Shown: positions 51,484-62,471, numbered from the stretch's first letter. The stretch: DNA of 64,000 nt from an uncultured Methanomicrobiales archaeon (GCA_963697895.1 OY969100.1:1504001-1568000), one strand, 5' to 3'. Notes: generated from the letters alone by a model not told the origin. Numbers and translations are program-made.

Positions 51484-52055
51484 TTATTGTTCGGCAACTC
51501 GATCCTTCTTCCTCTGCTCGAACCCGCCGATTAAGATGAGAGTTGCAGGCATGACAACGATCGCTCCCACCAGTGAAAATCCTACGATAATAACCGTAAC
51601 CACTCCGAAATTACTGATCATGTTGAAAGAAGAAAAGATCAGAACCGCAAAACCGCAGACCGTTGCGACACCGGAGACCGTGATTGCTGTACCGATCTGC
51701 TTAGTGCTCTGACAGATAGTTCCGAGGAGGGAAGACCTTTATCCAGCTCCTCATTCGCCCGTTCGTTCATTACTATGGTATATTCTGCAGCGACCCCGAT
51801 CGCGAGTGACCCCAGAGTTGTTGTCATGGGGGTATAATCGATCCCGAGTGGGTACAGGATAAGCCCGTTCCATCCGACGAGCATCACAATGGGAACAAGG
51901 GGAATAATGGCACGGGTAATTTTCCGGTAAACCAGAAATAACAGCCCGAGGATCAGGATGAAGGCAAGGATCGTCATCTGAAGTTTTCCATCTGAAATGT
52001 CTTGGATAAGGCTGGAGAACATTTCACTCGAGCCGGTCACGCTTGCGTGACACAC
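51484..52055 (-). pseudogene. Truncated RND/MMPL (HAE3) transporter fragment
   Basis: Only the final TM block remains (ASVTG..., AIGVAAEYTI...ER..EE, IGTAITVSG..T..GF, NFG); frameshift near 51725; no N-terminus. Confidence 0.8.
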
Positions 52056-52076
52056 TTCATTCAGACGTTTGTTCTA

Positions 52077-52265
52077 TCATTTCCCGATGAGTGCCAGATC
52101 ACACCTGGGGCATCTTATCAGGTAACAGGGTATTTCGGGCATTGCAGGAATTTTATACCCGCACTGCGGGCAGACACAGAAAGATGGGAGTTTTCCCCGA
52201 CTCCCGCTGGCGACATGATTGTGGTGTCCGGAACCCAAGAGCATCTTACACCTTTCAAAACTCAT
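52077..52265 (-). CDS. Small CxCPxCG...CPxC metal-binding protein
   Basis: CVCPQCGYKIP...PC...RCPRC. Confidence 0.55.
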   Translation of the reverse strand: MSFERCKMLLGSGHHNHVASGSRGKLPSFCVCPQCGYKIPAMPEIPCYLIRCPRCDLALIGK

Positions 52266-52419
52266 CGTTGATCCCGATAAAAGTTCTGTTCCCGATCGAG
52301 ATTGCTGGGAATATGATTAGAACCCTTCTGATATGCCTATACACTTCCGATGATTTCAACCTCATTCTGGAGTAATAGTTATATAGTGGTTCGCGCAATT
52401 GAATCGCCTGAGGTAGACC

Positions 52420-52740
52420 ATGGATAAATTTGAACAGCTCCTGACAGACCTGCCCAAGATGCCCACGGACGAGCAGAACAAAGCCGTGAATAATTTAAGA
52501 GCGATGTGTATATGCCCGACTTGCCCCACGCATACGAATTGTGCAAAAAATGCAAATGAGATTCTCTTTTGCTGGAATGGAAAGAGCTTCATCTGCATCG
52601 ACTCCGAAAAGGACTGCTATTGCCCGAAATGCCCGGTGACGAAGGAAGTTGGGCTCAAGAATAAGTTCTTCTGTACCAGAGGAGCAGAGAAGGCGCAGCG
52701 GTATGAACACACTGTCTGGGGATCAACCCTTGTCCGGTGA
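52420..52740 (+). CDS. DUF2769-like Cys-rich protein
   Basis: CICPTCPT...LFC..GKS..CI...CYCPKCPV...FFC..G; GAGGT RBS. Confidence 0.75.
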   Translation: MDKFEQLLTDLPKMPTDEQNKAVNNLRAMCICPTCPTHTNCAKNANEILFCWNGKSFICIDSEKDCYCPKCPVTKEVGLKNKFFCTRGAEKAQRYEHTVWGSTLVR

Positions 52741-52855
52741 ACTCCACCGTTCGTTATCATCTATCCTTTTCCGAACTTGGCGTCGATCGTACATCATCGA
52801 TACCGATTCTTCATCGATGCCTGCATTTATCCGTGTATTCATCTATCGAATAAAT

Positions 52856-53548
52856 ATGAATTTCGAAATCACCGGTGACAACCTGCAGATGGTTACCCTG
52901 AACCTTAATCCTGATGAGAGCATCTACGCTGATGCGGGAACCATGGTCAATATGAGTGGTAATATGGAGATGGAGTCCCATATTACGGGCGGCGTCCTGA
53001 AAGGACTGAAAAGAATGGCGACGGGGGAGAGCTTTTTCATGACGGAATTTACTCCCCGGGAGAAGAGAGGTTTCGCATCCTTCGCCGGAAGAATCCCGGG
53101 AAAGATCTTCCCGGTATATCTTCAGGGGGACACGTTTATTGCACAAAAGGAGGCTTTCCTCTGCGCGGAAAAGAGTGTCGATCTCGATATCGCCTTCCAG
53201 AAAAAGATCGCCTCCGGGGTCTTCGGCGGGGAGGGCTTTATTCTACAACGTCTTGAGGGAAACGGATATGCATTCCTTCATTGTTGCGGCGATATTATCG
53301 AACGGTACCTCCAGCCGGGAGAGGTCGTGAAGGTCGATACAGGACTTGTTGTGGGATTTGATGAACAGATTGATTACGATATCGCTCTTACGGGCGGTGT
53401 AGGGACGGTTTTATTCGGAGGGGAAGGGCTCTTTCTTACCACACTGACCGGGCCAGGGAAGGTAATCCTGCAGTCGATGAATCTTGGGCGCCTTGCCGCT
53501 TCTCTGGTTCCATATCTTCCAAAACCACCCCAGACAAAAAGTGCCTGA
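52856..53548 (+). CDS. TIGR00266/AIM24 family protein
   Basis: TGESFF, FGGEGFILQRL.G.G, FGGEGLF...LTGPGKVILQS. Confidence 0.9.
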   Translation: MNFEITGDNLQMVTLNLNPDESIYADAGTMVNMSGNMEMESHITGGVLKGLKRMATGESFFMTEFTPREKRGFASFAGRIPGKIFPVYLQGDTFIAQKEAFLCAEKSVDLDIAFQKKIASGVFGGEGFILQRLEGNGYAFLHCCGDIIERYLQPGEVVKVDTGLVVGFDEQIDYDIALTGGVGTVLFGGEGLFLTTLTGPGKVILQSMNLGRLAASLVPYLPKPPQTKSA

Positions 53549-54054
53549 TTGCCATCTCCCAAGGATTCCTCCGTTATCCGAGAGAAGGATGCCATAATTT
53601 GGTTTTCCCGGGGGCATTCAAGGGAATACCCCCGTGCGATTGAAGATCCCTGATAATAATACCACAAATCCGCCCTGAAAAAGACAAGGTCCTGGCAGTT
53701 CGAGTCATGGGTTTTGTTCAGAATTCAGTCACATATCCGGTTTACCGGTATAAACCCATGGATTTCGGCTTCTTCGGAGAGTCCCAGAACGGGTAGAACT
53801 TAGTATAACCCCACAAAATTCCTCCACAGACGGTACAAGCGTGGCATGCCCCGGAGGTATTCCAACCAGCTAAGCTTAAGAAGCTATTAAAAGTTCTGAG
53901 GGAAAAAACGGCACTATAACCGATCATCTTCGATGATCTCAAAATTCAGATTATATAAGCAGAATTTTAAGATGCCTTCCTGTGATTTGAATAAAGGATG
54001 ATTTCTTAATCGCCACACGAAACTTCTTTAAGGGTATTATCACAAGAGGGAAGC

Positions 54055-54513
54055 ATGGATCAGGTAGAGGAGAAAATACCCATATTTAATGCGAAGACCG
54101 GGAAGATTGAGACGGTGGGAAAGGTCCGGAAGACAGACCAGGAATGGAGTGCTATCCTGACTCCGGAGCAATTTCGCGTTGCACGCAAAAAAGGAACCGA
54201 ACCTGCTTTTTCAGGAAAATACCACGACTTCCATGAGAAAGGGGTCTATCAGTGTGTTTGTTGCGGGACGGATCTCTTTCGTTCTTCAGAAAAATTTGAA
54301 TCGGGAACAGGATGGCCGAGTTTTACAGCACCCATTGCCCCGGAAAATATTAAAACCGCCCCCGATACCTCATATTTTATGCGTCGGATCGAAGTACTCT
54401 GTGCCCGATGCGATGCCCATCTCGGGCATGTATTTGATGACGGGCCACCCCCTACTCATCAGAGGTTCTGTATGAACTCAGCATCCCTCACGTTTATTGC
54501 CTCAACCGGATGA
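54055..54513 (+). CDS. msrB: Peptide methionine (R)-sulfoxide reductase
   Basis: GTE.AFSG, SGTGWPSF, HLGHVF.DGP, RFCMNS. Confidence 0.97.
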   Translation: MDQVEEKIPIFNAKTGKIETVGKVRKTDQEWSAILTPEQFRVARKKGTEPAFSGKYHDFHEKGVYQCVCCGTDLFRSSEKFESGTGWPSFTAPIAPENIKTAPDTSYFMRRIEVLCARCDAHLGHVFDDGPPPTHQRFCMNSASLTFIASTG

Positions 54514-54805
54514 ACTCACACCTCGTTCTTTTCGGGAGGAAATTACAAAATCATTTGATTCGTTGCCTTATTTGGGCCTTCCATTGCGGCAGATTGAAAT
54601 TTGGGCTAAATAACCCATCATTTTCACTGCATTGAGTGGAATTATCATGAGTCCTAAATTGCAGGCACGAAAAAACGGTGAGGGCCAGAAAGTCAGCGCG
54701 AATATCTCATACCGCATTCCGATTGATATACTTCGCTTTCTGCATATCACCGTTGCCACATTCATCTTCTGCATCAGGATGACGGGGAATCGATCTTGGT
54801 ACCGA

Positions 54806-55363
54806 TTACTGGCCTGCAACGATCAGGTAATGGTATAATCCTGCATCATTTATTTCCTGAATAATGAAGCCTGCAGAATTGATCAGGTTCACTGCTTTTT
54901 CAATGGAAAATCTCTTTGAAAGCGGCGGGCCGATATCCATCGGTTGATCTTTCCAGTCGAGATCAACCACCCGCCCGTTCGCCTGAAGCATTCTTTTCGC
55001 ATTCTTTAGCACCGCAACGGGATCTCTGAAATCATGCATATCTATCCCGAAAAAGACAATGTCTGCACATCCTTCGCAGAGCACCGCCTTTTCGCCCTCA
55101 TTGACCTCTAAAAACAGATTATTCAATCCATCCTCAGCCGCCCGACGATTCAGCCTGTCGATTGCATTGATGTCGGTATCAACACCGTAAACCCTTCCCT
55201 GCTGTCCTACCATCCGGGCCGCTGGGAGGGAAAAGTACCCATCACCACATCCGATATCGATGAATACCATTCCTGGCTGAACCCCGATGGACGAAAGGAT
55301 CTTCTCTGGATTCTGCCAGCGCATTCGGTCCGGATCATCCGCCCTGAACCGACTTCTGTTCAT
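54806..55363 (-). CDS. Class I SAM-dependent methyltransferase
   Basis: DIGCGDGYF, VYGVD, DW...GPP. Confidence 0.85.
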   Translation of the reverse strand: MNRSRFRADDPDRMRWQNPEKILSSIGVQPGMVFIDIGCGDGYFSLPAARMVGQQGRVYGVDTDINAIDRLNRRAAEDGLNNLFLEVNEGEKAVLCEGCADIVFFGIDMHDFRDPVAVLKNAKRMLQANGRVVDLDWKDQPMDIGPPLSKRFSIEKAVNLINSAGFIIQEINDAGLYHYLIVAGQ

Positions 55364-56229
55364 GTTGGAATATATTCCTCTTTCAAGGTATTCGATATAT
55401 CCCCTGATGGAACTTTCCCTGAACCATCTGAAGCAAAGCCTGATTCAACCGTGCATGAAAAAGATAAGATCTAAAAGGAATGTCTCATATGATTTGCAAT
55501 TATTCTATTCCGATTGTATTTGTTCCCAGGAAAAACGTGGAGTTTTCGGTGTTCTGAAAGGAGTGATAAATCAACGAGGATGCGATGACCAAACACCCGC
55601 GAGGCAGACCTGAACGATTCTCCCGCCGTTCTCAATTGCAGTCTTGAAAAATACCCTACTCCTGTCCATATTCCCCTTGTTCGATAGCATTATCGTCTCT
55701 GCGGGTAACCCTCGTGTGAGGTGATGTGAATGTGCACCGTTGGCGGACCCGTCGATATCGATATCCCACCGGATAGACTGAAGGGAAAAGATTACCGCTG
55801 CAAGGATTGTGGAGAACGGTTTAAAGGGGTCGGCAGAAAGCCGATGTGCCCGAGTTGTCAATCTGAAAATGTGTGTGAAGAATAAAAGAAAATATTATTT
55901 TAGCCCATCGGACCTACAGGAGAGGCGGTCATTATATTTTGGGAATCCTGCGCTCCCTGAAATCCTGCACCAATGAGAAATCTTCCTTCGAGAACAGGTG
56001 CGAAACAAATCGTAATATCCGGTTTGATGCATGATCGGAAGCGCAGATATCTGTTTGAGTTATGGGAACAGACTCCCCGCCTCCATGGTATATACATCCA
56101 GGCTTGGCATGCATGGAAAGAGGCGATCCGTAAGAACCGTTGGTGAAGAATCGAGGTGATGAAGGGCGAACTGTAAGGATCAGGTCACTTAATAGGTCAC
56201 GGAAACAAAATATAGATAACGTGATTAAT

Positions 56230-56688
56230 ATGCGTATATCAGCAATATTACTCATTTCATTGGGAATTTTCCTTGCAATTCTTGTGGCAGGCTGTGCCCA
56301 GCTCTCCCAGAATGGCACGCCGACGCCTACACCAACGATCCTCCAGGGTACTCCCGGACCGAATCTTTCTCCAAGTCCGACCGATGTCGTTCCTGAGTAT
56401 TATTTCGTAGCCATCGAAGCAAGCCGAAACACTCTCTCTTTCGATCCAACTATTCGGGTAACTTTCCGGGGAGGGGCAGGAATGAATTTTGTCAGTAATC
56501 TGGATGTCATGGTAATTCGCAGCGATGGCGTAGGGGAATCCAAAACCTTTTTCAAACCCTTACACGTAGGGGATTTCGTAGACTTAAAGGGAACGACAGG
56601 CAAAGACCGGGTAATAGTGACCATGCAGATGATCAACGGGGATTCGTACAAAATCTATGATAAAGTGCTGGAATTCCGGGTAAATTGA
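56230..56688 (+). CDS. Hypothetical lipoprotein-like secreted protein
   Basis: LVAGC lipobox, PT-rich linker, beta domain (VTFRGGAG). Confidence 0.7.
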   Translation: MRISAILLISLGIFLAILVAGCAQLSQNGTPTPTPTILQGTPGPNLSPSPTDVVPEYYFVAIEASRNTLSFDPTIRVTFRGGAGMNFVSNLDVMVIRSDGVGESKTFFKPLHVGDFVDLKGTTGKDRVIVTMQMINGDSYKIYDKVLEFRVN

Positions 56689-56775
56689 TGTGTGCGTGGG
56701 GAATACAGTCGGGAACATCAATTTGCATCCGGAGTATAAAGGCGAAATATAAACATATCATAATGGGAGAGAAAG

Positions 56776-56976
56776 ATGATTCGTGATAAGTTGTGCCCGG
56801 TCGATAAAAAACCGTGTATCGAAGAGTTATGTGCGATTTACCAGCCGGAGGTGCGACAATGCAGCTGGGCGCGGGCTGTTCCGTCCGGTCATCCCGTTCC
56901 AAACCGGACCGAGCTGGAACGAAAGAAACAGGTGTACGAGAAGCCTTCCCGGTTCAAGGCCCATCTGTTTGATTGA
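56776..56976 (+). CDS. Small Cys-containing hypothetical protein
   Basis: CPVDKKPC...CAIY...CSW, GGAG RBS, TATA-like aaatataaa upstream, T-tract after stop. Confidence 0.6.
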   Translation: MIRDKLCPVDKKPCIEELCAIYQPEVRQCSWARAVPSGHPVPNRTELERKKQVYEKPSRFKAHLFD

Positions 56977-56996
56977 GTAATTTGTTCTTATTTTTT

Positions 56997-58436
56997 TCAA
57001 TACGGACCGGTATTTCTGATTATAGAGACGCCGGTCCCCATAAAACAGAGTGCTGCTCCAATTATCATGATGATACTGATGGAGGAGGCAAGAAGTATCG
57101 GATCCGCATCGATCACAGGGCCTACATAACCACCTGACTTGAGCAGGAACGTGATCAGAATACTTGAGAAAGACACCCCCAGTGTCATTCCCAGGTTTCT
57201 GATGGTTGCACTTACGCTGGATGCCACCCCTATCTTTTCCAGGGGAAGAGCACGCATGATCTCGGTATTGTTCGGGCTCTGAAACAGGGCGTTCCCAATG
57301 GCAAGAGGAATGAATCCTATAACGATCATGATGAGATCCATCGTTCGTGCTGCATAGCTCAGATAAAGGAGAGATATCCCGGAAAGGGTAATTCCTGCGG
57401 CGGCCATGAACCGGTACTGGTATTTGTCGAAGACCCAGCCCGTAATCGGTGCCGCAATGACCATGATCAGGGGGGCAATCAGGAACACAAGTCCAACCTG
57501 GGAGGGGTTCAGGCCCATTACACCTTCAAAATAAAACGGACCGATGATATTAATCATGAAAATGGCGACAAAGAGGAGGATCATACTGATATTCGCAAGT
57601 GTGAACCTGCTATTTCGAAAGATAGTCAGGTCAAGCAGGGGATTGGGGGTTTTACGCTCCCGGAGAAGGAAAAAGAAAAGAGCGCCGATGCAGATCGCAG
57701 AATAAAGCAGGATTGGGCCGCTTATGACCAGATTCTGTGCAAATTCGCCGAGCAGCAGGATAAGGGACCCCATTCCCGTGATCATCGCTGCTGCCCCAGG
57801 CCAGTCCATCCGGAGGTTGGATGATCGGGTCTCTTTTATCTTCAGATATTTAAAACCAAGAATAAGGAGGACGATCCCAATCGGGACATTGATCAGGAAT
57901 ATATATTGCCACCCGATGGCATCAGTAATGAACCCTCCAAGCATAGGGGCGGCGATGCTTGCAATCGCTATAGTAGCCCCGATATATCCCATTGCCATTC
58001 CTTGCTCCCCTTTTGGGAATATCTCAAAGATTATCGCGCTGCTGATAGAGAATACCATCGCTGCACCTGTTGCCTGGATGATACGAAAAAGAATGAGGGG
58101 AGGGAGAGCAACGGAAAGGCCGCAGGCCAAGGAACTTCCTGTAAATAATGCAAACCCTGCCATGAACAGCCGTGTCTTACCTAAATATTCCGCAACTTTC
58201 CCAAAGACGAGGAGAAGACTGGTCTCAGTTATCAGGTATGCCGTGATCACCCACTGAGACTCAGCGACCGGAACGCCAAAGTAACGGGTCATGGTCGGAA
58301 GGGCAATGGCGACAACTACCCCGTCTATCACTGCCATAGCAATTCCTATCAGGATGATGAACATGATAATCCGCCGGTTTGGATGTCCTTTACCGGTGTC
58401 CAGTTCAGTTTCCTTTTCAGTTATCGCGATCCTCAC
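56997..58436 (-). CDS. MFS transporter, DHA2 (EmrB/QacA) family
   Basis: IDGVVVAIALPT, WVITAY, RIIQATGAA, WQYIFLINVPIG. Confidence 0.92.
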   Translation of the reverse strand: MRIAITEKETELDTGKGHPNRRIIMFIILIGIAMAVIDGVVVAIALPTMTRYFGVPVAESQWVITAYLITETSLLLVFGKVAEYLGKTRLFMAGFALFTGSSLACGLSVALPPLILFRIIQATGAAMVFSISSAIIFEIFPKGEQGMAMGYIGATIAIASIAAPMLGGFITDAIGWQYIFLINVPIGIVLLILGFKYLKIKETRSSNLRMDWPGAAAMITGMGSLILLLGEFAQNLVISGPILLYSAICIGALFFFLLRERKTPNPLLDLTIFRNSRFTLANISMILLFVAIFMINIIGPFYFEGVMGLNPSQVGLVFLIAPLIMVIAAPITGWVFDKYQYRFMAAAGITLSGISLLYLSYAARTMDLIMIVIGFIPLAIGNALFQSPNNTEIMRALPLEKIGVASSVSATIRNLGMTLGVSFSSILITFLLKSGGYVGPVIDADPILLASSISIIMIIGAALCFMGTGVSIIRNTGPY

Positions 58437-58632
58437 CCTGATGCTGTATTGGGGATGTGGCTTTCAGGAAAAAGCGAGCAATCCCTTTTCATCACTATTG
58501 GAGGTTCACCAGTATTAAGAGAAAGGATATGGTATGCAATCTGGGAAAACCCCTAATCGAGCGAAACCCATACGTTCCGAGGCTTACAGGTTAAAAAATA
58601 AATTGGAATTTTTCATTTTCATTTTCATACAG

Positions 58633-58830
58633 TCAGGAGATCATCCTGATTGCTGACTTTTCCGGGTCCACCTTATACATTTTCGGGTGATCCAGGAGAT
58701 CCAATGCGTTGACCTTCTGATCGATGAGGTCCCCGTATTCAAAGAAGATACTCTTCATCTGATTCTTTTCCTCAAATACAACAATAATGCCGTCATTCCT
58801 CTTGACACCGGTGATGATTTCGTACATCAT
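58633..58830 (-). CDS. Hypothetical protein
   Basis: 65 aa ORF with protein-like composition and an upstream TATA-like tattaaat. Confidence 0.5.
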   Translation of the reverse strand: MMYEIITGVKRNDGIIVVFEEKNQMKSIFFEYGDLIDQKVNALDLLDHPKMYKVDPEKSAIRMIS

Positions 58831-58949
58831 ATTTGTCAGGGATGTTTGTTGAATTTAATAAAGGTATCCTAACTCGGGTACGAATATCAGGTGAGTCAAA
58901 ACCGATCAGATACTAGGGTATTATACTGCTGATTCGCGAAGATCTGTGG

Positions 58950-59558
58950 ATGAATGAACATAATGACCTTACCGGTTCAATGGTTTCAATCCGGGATCAT
59001 ACCGGAAACCCGGCCCCGCTCGGCCTTCTTGCCTTTGGGATGACAACAGTTCTTCTGAATCTTCACAATGCAGGTTATTTCACTCTGGGGAGCGTGATCC
59101 TCTCGATGGGAATTTTTTATGGAGGAATTGCCCAGGTGATCGCAGGGTGGATGGAGTGGAAACGGGGAAATACGTTTGCATCCACGGCATTTGTCTCTTT
59201 CGGGCTGTTCTGGATTTCGCTTGTCTTCATTCTCATCCTCCCCGGTGTCGGAATAGGGGAGACGAATTCTCCAATAGAATTGGCTGCATATCTCCTTATT
59301 TGGGCATTACTCGTTGCAGGTCTGTTTATCGGTACACTTAAATTTAACCGGGCAATGCAGGTCATCTTTGCATCGGTCGTAATTCTGTTTGTCCTTCTTG
59401 CAATCGGGACTCTCACCGGAAGCGTGTTGATAACCCGGATAGCGGGGTATGAAGGCATCTTTGCAGGATTTTGCGCGATCTACACCGGTCTTGCGCTGGT
59501 GATCAATGAGACTTACGGAGAAGGAAAGATGATCGTTCCCCTCTGGCCGGTAAAATAA
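58950..59558 (+). CDS. satP: Acetate uptake transporter, GPR1/FUN34/YaaH family
   Basis: GNPAPLGLLAFGMTT signature, YGGIAQ, GNTF. Confidence 0.92.
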   Translation: MNEHNDLTGSMVSIRDHTGNPAPLGLLAFGMTTVLLNLHNAGYFTLGSVILSMGIFYGGIAQVIAGWMEWKRGNTFASTAFVSFGLFWISLVFILILPGVGIGETNSPIELAAYLLIWALLVAGLFIGTLKFNRAMQVIFASVVILFVLLAIGTLTGSVLITRIAGYEGIFAGFCAIYTGLALVINETYGEGKMIVPLWPVK

Positions 59559-59684
59559 GACATTCAGAATGCCACTTTTTTTATTTCAACCCTTAATTGA
59601 TAGGATTTTGGTTATAAAAAAGATGCTCTATCTTGAATAATCCATAACAACGCAGAAGATGAATGAGGACTATCATTGTAATAC

Positions 59685-59727
59685 GCGAAGGTTGCCGAGA
59701 CAGGTCAAAGGCGCTGGATTAAGGGTC
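59685..59727 (+). pseudogene. 5' half of a tRNA-Leu (anticodon reads AAG), truncated
   Basis: GCGAAGG-TTGCCGAGACAGGTCAAAGGCG-CTGGA-TTAAGGG-TC then homology stops; D-arm CCGAGACAGGTCAAAGG identical to the downstream tRNA. Confidence 0.75.
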
Positions 59728-59772
59728 TCATACTATTAAATGATACTAAATCCATTATTTGATCACCCTGGC

Positions 59773-59857
59773 GCGGGGGTTTCCGAGACAGGTCAAAGGA
59801 GTGGGATTTAGGGTCCCATCTCGTAGGAGTTCAAGGGTTCGAATCCCTTCCCCCGCA
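59773..59857 (+). tRNA. tRNA-Leu(TAG)
   Basis: GCGGGGG/CCCCCGC acceptor, TGGGA-TT-TAG-GG-TCCCA, long variable arm, 85 nt. Confidence 0.95.
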
Positions 59858-59873
59858 TGAAAATCCACTTCGC

Positions 59874-59938
59874 TCAAAGATTGAATTTAAGAAATTCAAA
59901 AATATGTTGAGTTTAGGTGTTCGAAACCTTCCCTTGCA
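59874..59938 (+). pseudogene. Decayed tRNA-Leu relic (3' portion recognisable)
   Basis: GAGTTTAGGTGTTCGAAACCTTCCCTTGCA vs GAGTTCAAGGGTTCGAATCCCTTCCCCCGCA of the intact gene; preceded by TCAAAG and hairpin TTGAAT-TTAAGAA-ATTCAA. Confidence 0.5.
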
Positions 59939-60025
59939 TACCGGTGATCTAAAAATCTTTGGTAGACGAGCGTTCTATAAGCCCGGTTTAAAATGGATCG
60001 GTGAATTTTTCCGAAAATATTTTCC

Positions 60026-62471
60026 TTAAAACCTTGCCTCATTATTCTTATAACCAATTCTCCGGGAGTATACCTTCCGTAGCCCGAGAAGGCTGATGAT
60101 TGCCATGGTAACTAATGCGATGAGGAAGACCGCTTCCGGAGGGATCGCGATAAGACTGATCGCTCTGCTGATGACAGGAACATAGATCGCTGCAATGAGG
60201 AACGCGATCGCCGCAAATGCCCAGATATTAATGACCCGGTTTGAAAATACCCCGATAGAAAGAAGTGAACTCCGGTCGGTTCGGGACATATAAGCAAGCG
60301 CAATATGTCCGAAGATCCACGCCGAAAATGCATACGTCTGGATTTCAGTAGTACTCATATGGAGCGATCCAGCTGTAAAGTACACCACCATGACTGCGAC
60401 AAAGAGGACGATCCCATTGAGGATGATATCTCCGACAACACGCCGTGAGAGAACTTTCGCCATTCGCTCATGCGGTTTCGTATAGATATCGCCTTCTGCC
60501 GGTTCAGCAACAAATCCAGCCGATGCACCGAGATCCATGAAAAGTTCGAGGACGATGATCTGAATCGGTGCAAACGGGAGTGCGATACCCGCAAATACGG
60601 GCAGGAGGAAGATCATAATCAGGGCGAGCTTGATGGACAGGTAGTACCGTATCCCCTTCCTGAGGTTATCCGCGAACTTTCGTCCCTCGAAGATACCATT
60701 CGTGATGGTGACGTAGTTATCGTCTGCCAGGACCACCCCTGCCGCATCCTTTGCCACATCTGTTCCCCGTATCCCCATCGCAATCCCGATATCCGCCCCT
60801 CTGAGTGCGAGCGCATCGTTGATCCCATCACCGGTAACCGCAACGATTTCCCCGTTTTTCTGCAATGCCTGCACGATACGGAACTTGTGGTCCGGGGTGG
60901 TGCGGGCAAAGACAGGGACGGAACTGACTGCAGTCTGCAGATCAGTATCCGACATTGCATCGAGGTCCGTACCAGTCATCAGACGGCTCCCCTCTGGAAA
61001 TATGCCGATTTCCCGTGCAATGGCAGCCGCTGTCCCGGGATGATCTCCGGTCACCATGATCGTCCGGATCCCGGCTTCTGCTGCCTGCGCGATCGTCTCC
61101 TTCACCCCTTCACGAGGAGGATCCACGAAACTGATGAGACCGACGAACTCAAGGTTCTTTTCAAGATAACTCCATTTCTGATCGCGGTCCTCGGGACGGA
61201 GTATTCGTGATGCGACGGCGATCACCCGTCGGCCGTTTTCCGCCTCTGCGATTAGCCACTCCTGTGCTTCTTTCGGGATATGCGTGCAGAAACTAAAGAC
61301 TTCCTCCGGGGCCCCATTCATATGGAGATGCATACCTGTCCCTTCTTCCCGGATCACTGACCGTGTTTTTCTTCCGTTCCCAAAGTCCCGCTGTTTGACG
61401 ATCGTCGAGCCATCTTCTTTCAAAGCCAGAAACCCGGCCTGATCCCGGATTACCTGGTCGATAGGAGACTGTGCATACAGCGATAACCCCTTCAGCGCCA
61501 CTCCGAGAAGCTGGGATTCTTCAGGCGGATAAAAGGCCGCGATATGCATCCGACTCTCGGTGAGGGTGCCTGTCTTGTCGGTGACAATGACCGTTGCAGT
61601 CCCCATGGTCTCGGCTGCTTTCAGCTGTTTTACCAAAAATTTGTGTTTCGAGAGCTGATACGCACCGAGCCCGAGGACCATCGTGATGATGATCGGGAGT
61701 TCCTCCGGAATGGTTGCAAATGCGAGTGAAAGGCCGGTCAGTACCATCGTCCTGATATCGTTTCCCTGCAGTATACCCACAACAGTGATCAGTATCGAGA
61801 AGAACGCCGCAATGAAAACCAGTTTTCCGGCGAGCGCCTTCATCTCGAGTTGGAGCCGTGTCCTCGGGGGACGGATGCTCTGAGCGGATGCCGCAAGTTT
61901 TCCAAGCCGGGTAGCCTTCCCGGTCTGTTCCACTTCAGCATCCCCTTCTCCGGATACGATTACGGTTCCGGCATAGATCTCGTCGCCCGCACTTTTTTCG
62001 ACAGGGAATGACTCCCCGGTCAGGGCAGACTCATCCACCTGGAGCACAATTGAACGCCGGATGAGCCCATCTGCTGCCACCCTGGTGCCGGCGGTGAGCA
62101 CGAGGAGATCTCCGGGAACGACAGTAAGAGTATCGATTTCGGTAATGATCCCGTCCCTGAACACCCGTGCCTGCGGTGCGGCTATCTGTTCAAGGGCGGT
62201 AATAGGCTTTCTTTGCCCGGAACTCATTATTTACTTCTGCAATAACTAGTATAACGATGACAACGATGATGGTAGCGGCATCGAACAACGAGCCCCAGAT
62301 GCTATATATCACTCCGATAAAGAGCAGAAGCAGGATCATCGGTTCCGTGATTTCGTGCCGCGCAATTCCCAAGAAACTGATCTTCTGCCGGCTGTATATC
62401 TCGTTCGGCCCGTATTCCTTCAGGAGACGTTCTGCTTCCGCATGATTCAAGCCATCTGTATTGGCGGTCAT
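60026..62471 (-). CDS. Cation-transporting P-type ATPase (type II), split by a +1 frameshift at 62204
   Basis: YGPNEI, DESALTGES, IPEEL, DKTGTLT, TGDH, TGDGINDA; removing one base joins RAKKA to ITALEQ. Confidence 0.88.

Noticed and set aside
55571-55861. 96-aa minus-strand ORF
   Set aside because: No family confidently recognised; may be a gene remnant
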